From assembly GCF_006345805.1 (NCBI RefSeq), contig NC_042999.1, forward strand, positions 77,252,001-77,316,000: DNA of 64,000 bases, read 5' to 3'. This document shows, piece after piece, positions 39,614 through 51,830 of this stretch. The notes under the pieces are model-generated. The model saw nothing but the letters and a program-made list of their open reading frames with translations, ran no database searches and was not told the origin of the DNA. The DNA comes from Octopus sinensis (lineage: Eukaryota). The position numbers and the translations under genes are program-made. Within the stretch, counting starts at the first letter, position 1; every line of letters starts with the position of its first letter.

Positions 39614-40666
39614 CGAGAGGGCCACCAAGTACTTTACACAACAAAAACCTCTTGACTGAGAGTTGGAGAGTAATAGTATTGAGTGGATGGGGATTTGTGC
39701 CATTTGAGAGACTTAAGGTGTAGAGGGGACAGAGATAGGTGTCTTGCTGTAGAGTAGAGAGGGAGACTTAGATTGTATGTAGTAACTAGTGATGTACTAT
39801 TGTTGCTCTAGAAATACTTTTCTAAATGCCTTTGTAAATGCTTGCTGTACACAGATATTTAGAATACAGAATTAATTTGAGCTTTCATGTCACTGTACTT
39901 TAATATGGCGGCAGCATGAAAATATCTAACAGTAGTGGTTCTGTATAGAAAATAATAAGATTAGTGTCTACTTCTAGTAATGATAGCAACAGAAGTCTAT
40001 TCAAAGTCCTCTCTGTGTATAATCATTCTATCTGTTTCACATTTTCCACTTTATAGCTATAATAAACTGTTATTTAAATATATATCGAAAGTCATGACAG
40101 ACGGATTGTATCAGCAATTGGAAAATCAATGGAAACCTATTCCTCATTTCAATTGAAAGATTGGCTGAGATGCAACCAAAGCTAAATATATGACATATAT
40201 TTTAAAGAATTGTGTACAAGTTTACATTATTATAATACTTGACAGAATCTATTTTAAAAGCCAGTATATTCCACTGGAGTTTCACCTGGTTGATGCTTAA
40301 CTTGAGTTTCTGTGAGATAAATCCCTCTCTCCAGACAAGAAACTTGTCTTTCACAATTGCTCACATAATCTGGCACCTAACTTCCTTGGTGAATGGTGAA
40401 ACTTGCCCAAAGATATCAAGCATTAGAAGGTCTCCCTCTACATGATCATTCAGTACACTGGAAATAACAGTCCGTTCCTTCTTAAATCACATTTCTGTCT
40501 TTAAAAGAATACCCACATTGAATAATGTAGTACTGATTATACTGTGAGAAAAAAAAAAGAAAATGGGCTTGAATGCTTTTGATCAAAGTTTTGCTGGGTC
40601 TAGGCTGACTGATGACAGCAATGCTCTGTTTATTTACACACACATACATTGTTCTGTTACTTTTAG

Positions 40667-40766
40667 ATTTGGCCATATGAGAGCATTGTCAGATTTTATT
40701 AGTGTTAAAAGGGTTGAAGTAGGAAAAGAAAACCTCTTCCTGAATAAAACACCAATATTACTGCAG
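40667..40766 (+). CDS. Candidate internal coding exon (FGHMRALSDFISVKRVEVGKENLFLNKTPILLQ)
   Basis: Acceptor ttctgttacttttag, donor CAG|GTAAAT, 100 nt. Phase 2 start is compatible with the 13313-13548 exon. No confident homology. Confidence 0.4.
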
Positions 40767-41416
40767 GTAAATTTACCAGAAATATCTAAGGCATGGCGAA
40801 ATGAACCACTTAGAGGAATTCAGTTTTCTGTCCCCATAAAGTAAAATATCCAGCAGAGAATCACCTATGAACTTGTTGTTCAATGCATTGTCTAGTTACC
40901 CCTTTATCCTTCACCCACTATCTCTCCATCCATGCACATATGTGTGCATACACCCCCATCTCTCTATCTCTTTCTTTCTCTCTCTACTGTTCCAAACATT
41001 GACAGGTGCTCACTTTCTCTCCTTAAATCTTAAATCGAAGAGATATTCAAGTGCTTCTGATGTTTGCTGACTGTTTCATAAACAGATAATTCTAAATAAA
41101 TTATTATTAGATTTAAAAGGAAAATGAATTTGCAGTTCTAATTACTCGTTTTCTCTCTAAGTAGAGGGACATATATCTACATTTGACCAAAAACACACTT
41201 TTCTATTTTGTGCAATTGGTACTGTTCTTGGCAAGGAAAACAGTTCATCAGCCACTTACTGTAAAATTATCCTTTCTACCATTACTGTCATGGCTTTGTA
41301 CATAACATGCAAAAAGTGAATTTACATATTATCAGAAACAAAACCTACATAACTGATTTTCAGTATTCTAATTAGTTGGGTTATTTTTTTACATGTATAC
41401 ATTTTGTTTCAACATA

Positions 41417-41754
41417 TAATAATAATGAAATTATTGTATACAGTGCTCAGGTGCACCACAACTTGTCAGAAAGTGCATATAAAGTACATACAGTAATGTA
41501 AAAATGTCTGGAAAGCGAACAATGTATGAGTCAGATACGAGATATGACAGATGCTACAAATTTAAATAAGTCAATGAACTTATTTTAATTTATTTATTGC
41601 ATCATCATCATCACCTGAGATTCGCCAACACTACACTTGATTTTCTCCCCTCCATACACCCAGACATTTCTACACTACTGCATGTACTTTATATGCACTT
41701 TCTGACAAGTTGTGGTGCACCTGAGCACTGTATACAATAATTTCATTATTATTA
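41417..41754. repeat. Inverted pair of near-identical 95-bp CR1 3' tails
   Basis: 41417-41511 is the reverse complement of 41660-41754 with only a few mismatches. Confidence 0.9.
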
Positions 41755-41769
41755 TTATTATCATTATTA

Positions 41770-41929
41770 TTCCAGCTCTTTATATTCTGAGTTCAAATGC
41801 TACCAAGGTTGACTTTATCTTTCATCCTTTCAAAATCAATAAATCAACTTCTTGCTGAACACTGAAGTCAATGTAATCAACTTCCACCCCATTTCAGAAC
41901 TGCTGGCCTTGTGCCAAAAATTAGTAAGA

Positions 41930-41974
<45 letters not shown>

Positions 41975-43165
41975 CTCACAACAGATTAGACTGTTGGAAA
42001 ATAAAAATTCTTAACATGGGCTACAAGTAACCTTAGATGCCAAGAACCCTCCTAATTATCTTAGCCAAGCCTAATGATGCTGTTTTCTGGAGCTGTACTA
42101 AACTGGGTTTATTATTGTTATTATTATCATCATCATCATCATCATAGCTAGCTGGAAAAAAATCATTAGTGCATTGGACAAAATGTTTAGTGAACTTTTT
42201 CTTTTGACTCTTTGCATTCTGAGCTCAAATTCTGCTGATGTCAACTTTGCTTTTCATTCTTTCGTGATTGATAAAATACATGCCAGTTGAGCATTGCAGT
42301 TAGTGTAATTGATTATCCCCCTGTTGCAAAATTTCAGACCATGCACTAATAGTCGAAAGAATTATTATTAGTAGTGTTGAATGACAGAATTAGTAGAATG
42401 GCATACAAAACTCTTTACATTCAGAGCTCAAATCCAAATGAGGTTGACTTCGTATTTCATTTTTGAGGATTTTATAAAATAAGCACCAGTCAAGTACCAT
42501 CGTTAATATAATCAACTGTTTACTATTATAGATGTGTTGCCTTGTGTCTATGTTACAAATCATAATTGTTATAGTATATATGTATTTCTAAAGTTGGGGA
42601 TGATTTTTAATGACATTGATGAGATTTTAATGGTTTCTTCATAAAGTGTTTGCAAGTAGTATGTTCATTTCTAAACAAATTATTTGCTTTAACATTTTTT
42701 TTTTTTTCTTTACTCATCAAGAAAAAACAATTTCTTGCCGTTAAAACATATTACTTGATGAAGTTATTTTTTTACAAGTTCAGATAAACAGAGAAATAAT
42801 ATTGGCAAGTATATAAGAGAAAGTTGACTATGTTTGAATATATGCATGGATTACATATACTGGGTGAAATGATACTGTGTGTTGGTGATAGAGAAAGACT
42901 GAAGAGTTACTTATATAATAATAATAATAATAATAGTAATAATAATCCTTTCTACTATAGGCACAAGGCCTGAAATTTTGTGGAGAGGGGACTAGTCATC
43001 ATATCAATCCCAGTGTTTCATTTGTACTTAATTTACCAACCCCAAAAGGATGAGAGCAAAGTTGACCTTGGTGGAATTTGAACTCAGAATGCTAACACTG
43101 CATACAATTCAGCATGCTAACACTACATACAGCATGCTAATGATTCTACCAGCTTGCCACCTTAA
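41770..43165. mobile_element. Cluster of old family-A SINEs separated by (ATT)n/(AAT)n
   Basis: Copies at about 41770-41935 (+), 42150-42370 (+), 42375-42560 (+) and 42945-43165 (-), each with GAGTTCAAAT/TTGACTT..CTTTCAT motifs. Confidence 0.75.
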
Positions 43166-43187
43166 TAATAATAATAATAATGATTAA

Positions 43188-43214
<27 letters not shown>

Positions 43215-43220
<6 letters not shown>

Positions 43221-43990
43221 GAACTTATTGCATACAGTGCATGGATGTACTACAACTCATCAGAAAAACGAAGTAACCAAGACTGCATGAACAGTACATA
43301 GAATATGCACAGGGAATGAACAGTGTATAAGTCTTCAAAAAAAATAATAAAACAGAAGAAATGGTGGGGGGGGCATCAGGTGTACGGTTGACAGATTTTA
43401 GGAAGCTTGAAAATTTTGTAGGTGTAGTGTCCTGACAGCTAACAACTGATGCAAGTAATTTATTCCTGTGAAGAAATGTTTCTGAAAGTCATGGGTGTTG
43501 TGTTGTATTTTGATTTCGTAAGCATGTCCACAAGTGTTAGACATATGAAATTCAAAATGGGGCCCAAGATAGTTGTTGGAAAGATGATGGATAATCTTGT
43601 GCATGTGTACCTAGTCAGTTGCCAGACATCGGAACTTTAATGTGTCCATGCCCAGAGAAGCAAGATGTTTGGAGTATGGTAGATGCTTGATGGCAGGTAT
43701 TCACTTGGTTGCCCATTTCTGAACAGTTTTCAAATCATTATGCTGAGCAAGATAGGTGTTCCAGACTAGTGATACAAACTCTAAGTGTGAGTGTACTATA
43801 GTCATTTACAGTTTTAAATAGATACCTGGAGAGCAGCTGACAAAGGTGTTACTGAGTGATGCTAAGACACCCTCAGTCTTCTTGTACAATCTTAGAGATG
43901 TGTTTTGTCCAATGCAGATCGCTGTTTACAATAATACCCACACCACATTCACTAACAGACTTCCTTGAGTCATTTGTGTGGCACAGAATT
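43215..43990 (-). mobile_element. CR1-clade LINE 3' fragment
   Basis: Minus-strand frames give GIIVNSDLHWTKHISKIV and HLEFVSLVWNTY...LKTVQKWATK*IPAIKHLPYSKHLASLGMDTLKFR, followed by an (ATT)n tail. Confidence 0.85.
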
Positions 43991-44471
43991 GAAGGTTTTT
44001 GCAAAGTTAAGATAGGTTAATATCCACCTACTTAAATTTTCTTGCTTAAGAATTTCTGCCAAATTCAACAAATTATTATTAGAGCCTGGGAAGATTGGTG
44101 AAGTGGCAGAAATGATGAAGTAGTAGACTTGCAGTATTTCTGTAACATTAACTTTAGATCCTGAGAAGGTTGAGCTAGTCTTGTATCTCAGAAAAAAGCT
44201 AATAAAATTGAACTTTATTAATTATTTGTCTTCTTACATGAGGCTTATAAGTTTAATTTGCCATCTTAACTAATACTTACATAATGTAAAGAATTGTTGG
44301 AAATAAATGCAATTTACATTACGTAGCTGTATCATTAGTACTAGAAATTTACAACCACATGACACATAAACATATATCAATGGCATGGAGATTGCTAATT
44401 AAACAGTCATTTAATTATCATTTTTACTTATTGTTATTGCAGAGCCTCCTGTCTAAAATTAAGGTCTTTAA

Positions 44472-44681
44472 CCCTTTAGCATTCAGATTTCTCTGTCTAA
44501 TGTAAAGCTTATTTATTCACATTGTTTTGAATTAATTATGTGTTATTTTATAGATTTGGTATTTCAATGATATGATTGTTTACCTTTAGAATAATATTGT
44601 AGGGTAGGTGTGATAGGCTGGATCTGGCCAGTTTGAAGATAACAAAAGTAGATTATTTTGGCTGGTTTAAGTGCTAAAGAG
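44472..44681. mobile_element. Non-autonomous piggyBac-type MITE, copy 2
   Basis: TTAA|CCCTTTAGCATTCAG ... GTGCTAAAGAG|TTAA; reverse complement of 1235-1455. Confidence 0.75.
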
Positions 44682-45103
44682 TTAAACATAGCCCTCTCAG
44701 AAAGAAAGAAGTTTGTTGCAAAAACCCTAACTTTTGGTGATTTTTGATTAAACATAACCAATTAAAGAAAAGGGGCAGTGAGTTTAGCACAGTTATATTA
44801 TCTACTGACTAAAACTTAGTGAATTTCCTTAATACCCTTTATTATTTTAATTATCATAAGTGAGACCCATGGAAATTTCAAACTTTATAAATGTTCATTT
44901 ATCTATTTAGATATTATAAAGATTTTGACTGTCTTCAATTCCATTCCATAGTTAAGATTGTTTAAAGCATAAAGCTCAAACTTGTGTCTCTTTGATTTGA
45001 TTACATAGTTGTTAATAATAATGATGATGATGATAATAATAATAATAAAGATCAGTGTTACTTTGATGGCATGCACTGCTCTCTCACTCAATGATGATGA
45101 TGA

Positions 45104-46938
45104 AGGAAGCTGCTAGAAATGACAAGCAAAGTAGATTCTGCTATCAGTAGGATAAATACTAAAAATATAGGAGATACTAACTTATTGATCTATGCAGGAG
45201 GGGTAATAGTCACCAGAAGTTTAGATATCTCACAGGGAAAGATTTAAAAAGAGCAAATGAGGAAAAGGAGAATTCAAAATAACATGATGTAAGACAAGAT
45301 CTGAGTAGAATAGAAACCCGGAAAACAAACAAGTTAGGAAACACAAGATGCAAATCTTCCCTCAAGAAAGATACTTAATCAAAGAGAAAGGACATGGAAC
45401 AGTAATAGAAGAGCTGAAAGAGCATATCATAGCAGGCAAGCTCTCCAGCTATCAGAAAAGAATAGATCAGTATCAACAGAATAGATTATTTAAGATAGAC
45501 CAGAGGAGATTTTATAACCAAATAAATAGTGGAGAATTAAGTATTGAAGACGAGAAACCTAATGCAGAAAATTAATCATTTGCTCTACATGGATGATCTA
45601 AAGCTCTGATCTGAAGAATGAAAAAGAGATAGATTCCTAAATACAGGCTGTAAGACTCTTCATCAAAGATACAGGCATGGAATTTGGCATAGATAAGTGT
45701 ACAAAATTAGCAATGAGAAGGGGACAGGTAGTCAACAGCAAAGGCATCCAATTACCAGATGGTCTGACATCAAAATCACCGAAAGGAGGTGAGAGTTATA
45801 AGTAACTAGGAGTTTAAGAATCTAACAGTACTAACTACAGAAATAAAAATGAAAATTGAGAAGGAGCACATCAGAAAGGTGAGGAAGCTAATGAAGTCAA
45901 AGCTAAATGGTCCAAATCTAGTGAAGGCTGTAAATACTTGGGCAGTATCATTACTTAGATACTCAGCAGCTTTTGTAGATTGGACAAAAACTGAATTAGC
46001 AAAGACAGAACTAGGAAGGAATTCAATATGAATGGGGGACTCTATCAAAGGGCAGGAGTAGCAAGATTATACCTACCCACCAAAAAAAAAAGAACAGAAA
46101 TTACCTGACAAGCAGGAGAAGGTGAGTTATGGTAGATTCTCATAGGATAGTTGCAGCAAATAGTAGTAGTGAGACATGCAGCAAATAGTACTGAGAAAGG
46201 AAAGCTGAAGAGGGCAGAAAATTTATTAGTAGCTGCATAAGATCAAGCATTAAGGACTAATTGGATAAAAGCCAAGATAGATTCCTAATGTAGATTATAC
46301 AAATCAAAAGAGGAAAGTGTTACTCATATAATAAGTGAATGTAGCATGCTGGCACAGAAAGAATACAAGAAAAGACATTACAATCAAGGGAGAGCAATCC
46401 ATTTAGAGCTATGTAAAAAGGTAGGATTTGAACATACTGATAAATGTTATGAACATGAACCTAGTAAAGTACTAGAAAGTAAGAAATACAACATGTTGTG
46501 GGACTTTAACATTCAGACTAACAAAGTAATAGAAGCTAGAAGGCTTGATTTAGTAGTAGTGGATAAAGAGAATAGATAGTGCCAAATAATTGACTTTACA
46601 GTCCCAAATGATGAAAAAATGAATATGAGAGGTATAGAAAAAATAGCAAAGTCCCAGGACCTAGCTATTGGATTACAAAGACTATGGAAAGTGCAGGTAA
46701 ATTGTATCCCAGTAGTTATAGGTGCATTGGGAACTATCCCTAAAGATCTGAACAGATGGATAGAGGAAATAGGCATAAAACCCAGTTTAGTACAGCTCCA
46801 GAAAACAGTGTCATTAGGGACAGTTAGAATACTTAAGAGGTTTCTTGACATCTAAGGATAGTTGCTGTAGCCCGATGTTAGGATTCTTTTCTTTTCCAAC
46901 AGCCTAATCTGTTGAGTGTATATGAAAATAATAATAAT
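45104..46938 (+). mobile_element. Decayed R4/Dong-type non-LTR retrotransposon (RT, zinc knuckle, restriction-like endonuclease)
   Basis: QQNRLFKIDQRRFYNQI; HLLYMDDLK; GMEFGIDKC; VKAVNTWAVSLLRYS; CRLYKSKEESVTHIISEC; WDFNIQT...EARRLDLVVVDK...IIDFTVPND; IPVVIGALG. The 3' end runs into (AAT)n. Confidence 0.9.
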
Positions 46939-49900
46939 ATCATAAAAGTAATATAAGATATTTACAAAGGGCATCGAGAGGGCCCAGAATAGCAAAACCA
47001 ATGGAGCAGTGGACAAAAAGCAGTTCTCTATTTATATTTCTATATTCTGAGTTCAAATCTTGCCAAGATTGACTTTACCTTCCTGGATTGATAAAATTTG
47101 TAACAGTTCAGTACAGGGAACATCTTAATCAACTGTATCATCCTCAAAATTTTGTAAACTTAAGATAAATATTCTTACTGTTATTATTTGATGTTTTATT
47201 TGCTTTGGATGGAAACAGGATTGTGTTAAGCAACTACATTTTTTTTAGCATCGGTAGAAACGTTATATGTTATTAATACTTATGAAAATCTTATATTTAT
47301 TATATTAATGTCATAGAGATCCACCTAGTTAGTTTGATTTTATCAGTTGCAAATATTTTTTTTAAATCAATTAGAAATAGTTGTTTATAATTTTTTTTTT
47401 TTTTATAAACTGTGAAAATTACTATTGAATGACTGACTTTCTTTAAACATCTAGCATTTATTTGTATGAATAGCTTCTGTGTGTTCACAGCTAAACACTG
47501 TTAGCATTGTACTTCTGCTAACAGAAACGATACTTAGGTTTACATTATTTCTTAGCTAACTTTTGAAATCTCACCTTCAGCTTGTCCTCATCCCATACTG
47601 TTCACCCCCAGCCCCAAACCTAACCTGTGTCTTTGCTAGCAACTTGATATTTGATATTTCAAAACTACACTCACCTTGTAACTTAAAGAAAGAAAAATTC
47701 TGTTATAATACTGATTCTCTACTTTCTTTTCTTTTATCTTGCATTTTTTATCTTATTTTTGTGAATTATTTTTAATGTTTCCTTTTTTTTTTTGTTGTTG
47801 TTGATGACTCATTATAAATATTTATGAATAAAATAACTAAATGGAGCTCATTGAATGTCATTTACTTTTAATTCTGACCTTTTTATTTGGTGTAAGCGTC
47901 CCATTTCTTTGCGCCCTGATAATCATCCTCCTACTTCTTCACACCCTTTATAGTTATTGGCCAGGCCAGTGGCTAAGTACTGTACTGCCACACTCCTCCT
48001 ATTCTCAAATTGTCAACAGACTTCAGTTTCATTCTTTATTTTTTATTTTAACATTAGCAGTTTACTACTTTCCAGTGAAAGTTTCAAAACCATTTTAATT
48101 CCACTTGATGACTAATAGCACAGCTGTGAAGCTAGACAATTGCAGACCAGTGCATGCACAAGACCACCTTTATTCTCTGCAGTTTCACCACTCATACTGT
48201 CAGTTGTCAACACTCTGAGCCAGTAGAGATTTTGACTTGGGAGAACATTGAAAACAAAGCAGACAAGAGCCACAGTTAGCATACAGGAAAACTAGAAGCT
48301 ATTTTCGTTTTGATTTTGTTTTTTTTTTATGCTCCTAGATTTATTCCTCTTACAGATTTGTTGCAAAATATTGCAACTTTAAAATCAATTTTAATGCATT
48401 TCCCAAACAGACCTTCTCGATTTTTTAAAGGTGCAATGAATGATGAGGAAGAATACATGCTTTTGTTTGGTGGGTAATTTTTAAAATTTTTTTTTCTTCT
48501 CGCTCTCTCTGGTTCAGCAATTTACTATATTTCTGTTACTTTCCTCTTTCTTTCAAACTGCATGACTACCTCAGTATAATATTATTTTTACTACCATAAA
48601 GTTTCTAGAATAATAAATCTAATTACTGCTATAGTAATCTACTGCTTTTTTATGTAGACATTTTTGTTTTATTTAACAACTTAGATTTTCTTTCACATTT
48701 TTTGGTTTAAAAACATCTAATCCACAACAATATTAAAGTTTACATGTTATTGAATAGTAAATTTAAGTACTAGTAAATTGAGTTATAACTATGTTTTGTG
48801 AAATATCTCTATCTCTGAAGAGTTTTAGTATCCCTACAATAAAAAGAGTGTCGGTTTCTGAAAGCTTTTCAAGATTGACTGAAATTTGTATAGCAGTTTT
48901 GGAATCTGTGTAGTAATTGTTTCCTTCTGTTTATGAGGCTTGTTCTCTAAAAAAATGTGGTTCCCACAGAGAAACGAAAAAAATTCTATTTCTTAATCAA
49001 CAACAAATAATTATAATAATGTATTAGTGTTTCTTTTATGGCCCTTGGTATGTAGATAAAAATGTGCATTTAAAAAGGGAATTTTTTTAATGGTTCATTT
49101 GTTACATCACTTAAATGGTATAACTGCAAACAATAAATAATTAACTTTGTTAAAAAGCCACAAATTTGTGGTGAGGGTGTCTAATCAATGCGACCAATTT
49201 CAATGTATGACTGGTATTCAACCCCTTGTAATTTGGACTTTGAATGTAAAAAATGGAATGAAATGCTGTTAAACCTTTAGTTTATGTTTTACTGTTTTTG
49301 CCAACTCACTAATCTTGGAATAATACTAATAACAATAATGATTTCTTACATAGATAGAAGACAACTTTAATTTAGGATAAGTGTAACTTGTAGAACTGAA
49401 CTTAATGTACTTCTGGTTGTCCTTTATCAACCCATAGGCAATGAAAAGCAAAATAAACTTTGGATACTTCAAAAGAGCTAATCTGAACCTTTACCGACTC
49501 TAACTATCCTTAATGCTTCCATAATAACAATGACAATTTATAGTATAGCTACAAGGCTCCAAACTTCCAGGAGGCTGTAGCTTGTTAGATTGACCTCCAG
49601 TATATGACTGGTGCTTTTTTTTAGCATTCTCAAAAGAGCAAAAAGTAAAGTTGACCTGAGTAGGATTTGAACTCTGAAGATTTGAGTACCTAAGTACACA
49701 TGTGATTTTAACCTACTGCTCCCCAGTTTCTACTGTTTATCTGCCCCTCTCATTATAATAATTGTAAAGAAAACCTTTTTATTTTAATACGGCTTTCTTT
49801 TTTAAGCACTATATCAATATTTTCAAGGAAGTTGGTATGGGTAATAAGAACAAGGTCCAGTGAATTATTTATACTTATAATATTGGCATCAACCAAGTCT

Positions 49901-50559
49901 GCTCTACATTTTCATTTATAATAAAAATTATCTATGTAATATATAATTTATTCATTAGTCATCTTTTCTCTTTCTTGTCTGTTACCTCAAAATTAACTTT
50001 ATCTTTGTAATATTTTTTTATCATTATTCAAATACACCAGTACTATTATTTATGAATTATTGGTTTGTATTGCTTGTCATGGCAACCCTATTATGCTATG
50101 GTATTTAGTTGTCAGTGTACGTTGTGCAAAATAGGTCTCCAGCCATAACAATAGCTATACACATTTTTGGCTCATGCAAACTTATTTTCTAAGGCCAATC
50201 ATGTTAACATACAATTTTCCCACTCATTTTATAATAAAAGGCTTTCTACAAGAGCAATAGGTGGGAAATGTTCTAAATGTTTTCTGTTTGTCTTTTTTTT
50301 TAATTTTCTTTTTTATATTTCTTGATGTTAATGAATTTGAAAAAATATCAGGAAATCAAATAAAAAATTATACTTCTTTGGTATGTCAATAGGTGTGATG
50401 TTATTTTATATCCCTCAATTCTCCTACTAGCTTTTCTATGAAGGTCATCTGAATAGATATGGTGCTGCACAACCAAAATCTGGTTAATGTTTCATCTCCC
50501 TTATGCTGGATAAAAATATATATAAAAACTTTCCTGCTTTCTGTATCATTGGTCATAAA

Positions 50560-50760
50560 CGTTGTTGTTGATTAGGTCCATGTCAGCTCTGATCCAGTAG
50601 ACTTAAGATCAAAGATCAGGTATGATCATCTTTTTTTCAAGCATATTCTATCGAGAACTATCTTATGTAACAGGGCTTTCCTTTTTAAGATGGTTTAATG
50701 AACATTTGGCTGCTATTTCTTTAGATTGAATAACCACATAGACAAGCCCTCAGCTTTTCA
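50560..50760 (+). mobile_element. Abundant short interspersed repeat (family E, class unknown)
   Basis: TTTTTAAGATGG...TTTGGCTGCTATTTCT. Related copies at about 1060-1200, 9580-9800, 10340-10447, 15480-15650, 18620-18780, 22560-22720, 24060-24530 and 30690-30800. Confidence 0.6.
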
Positions 50761-50902
50761 GCAATGCTCTACAAATGACTAAGAACTTCACAGTCACACT
50801 TTATTATTATTATTTATAGTAAGGAAGTGGGACAGTGCTCAAAGCCCTTTCAGGTCCACTCAGATTGATGAAATTGATAACTAATGTTAGCCAATATTCT
50901 TG

Positions 50903-51830
50903 GCATCATCATTTTACATTTGCTTTCCATGTTGGTATGGATTCCATGGGTTGTCATAACAGCTTTCTTCTTCAGTACTGCATGTTGCTGATTTTGTCAT
51001 TCTCTTTGCAAGGTATAACATCCTAAGATCCAGCTTCACCACTTCATCCTGTGTTTTCCTAGGTCTTCCAGATCTACAGATTCCATCAACTTTGAAAATC
51101 CTGCACTTATTTATACAGCTGTCATCCTCTATATGCATCAAATGCCCATACCAGTGCAATCTTTACTCTTGTACTCTACATCTGGTTTATCTTATACTTA
51201 ATTTTTCTTGCAGCTCATTTATTTTGATTTATGTACACTAACATTACATATCCACTGGAACATTTCTCACTCTATGTCTTTCTAGTCTTCACACATTCTC
51301 TGCATTCAGGGCTCATATCTCACTCCCATATGGCATTGCAATTCATGCATAAGCATCATTCAATCTGCCTTTCACTCTGAGAGAAAATCCTTTGCAGCCA
51401 GCTGTAGTGACAGCTTCCTGAACTTTTTTCCAATCCTGGTTACTTTGCTTTCTGAACACTCACCTCCACTGCTAATTCTGTCATATATATAATAAGCTTT
51501 CAGGGAACCATCTGGACAGTTGAGAAAATCTGTTTCCTGTGTACCTTAGTACTTATTGTCCTCTGTGCATCTGCTGCATGCAAAAACTTACTGTCCTTGT
51601 TAGCCTGCTTATGATTCTACATTTTGTACCACTCTGTTTTACATTGGGAACATCATATGGAATTTCAACCTACTCTTTTTTTGCTTAGTGATCATGGCCA
51701 TTTCTGTGGTGGTATCAAAATCCTATCTTCTTTCCTACATCCTATTCTTTAGTATTTGCTAAGTTTACTTTGGGGGTCTCTCTCAATTTAAGGTCTAATT
51801 ACCTTGTAAAAATTTTTTGGATGCTGCATT
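50903..51830 (-). mobile_element. Decayed RTE-clade LINE 3' portion
   Basis: Minus ORF contains WYGHLMHIEDDSCINKC...GRPRKTQDEVVKLDL; homologous to the other RTE copies. Confidence 0.85.

Noticed and set aside
39393-39723. Repetitive ORFs (VAPVPVLL/WHQYQCF)
   Set aside because: Products of the 26-bp tandem repeat; the unit length is not a multiple of 3. It is not a CRISPR array because there are no unique spacers.
40667-40766. RVEV...LFLNKTPILL resembles the strand before the GH2 (beta-galactosidase/glucuronidase) catalytic domain
   Set aside because: No following GVN.H exon or any other GH2 motif was found.
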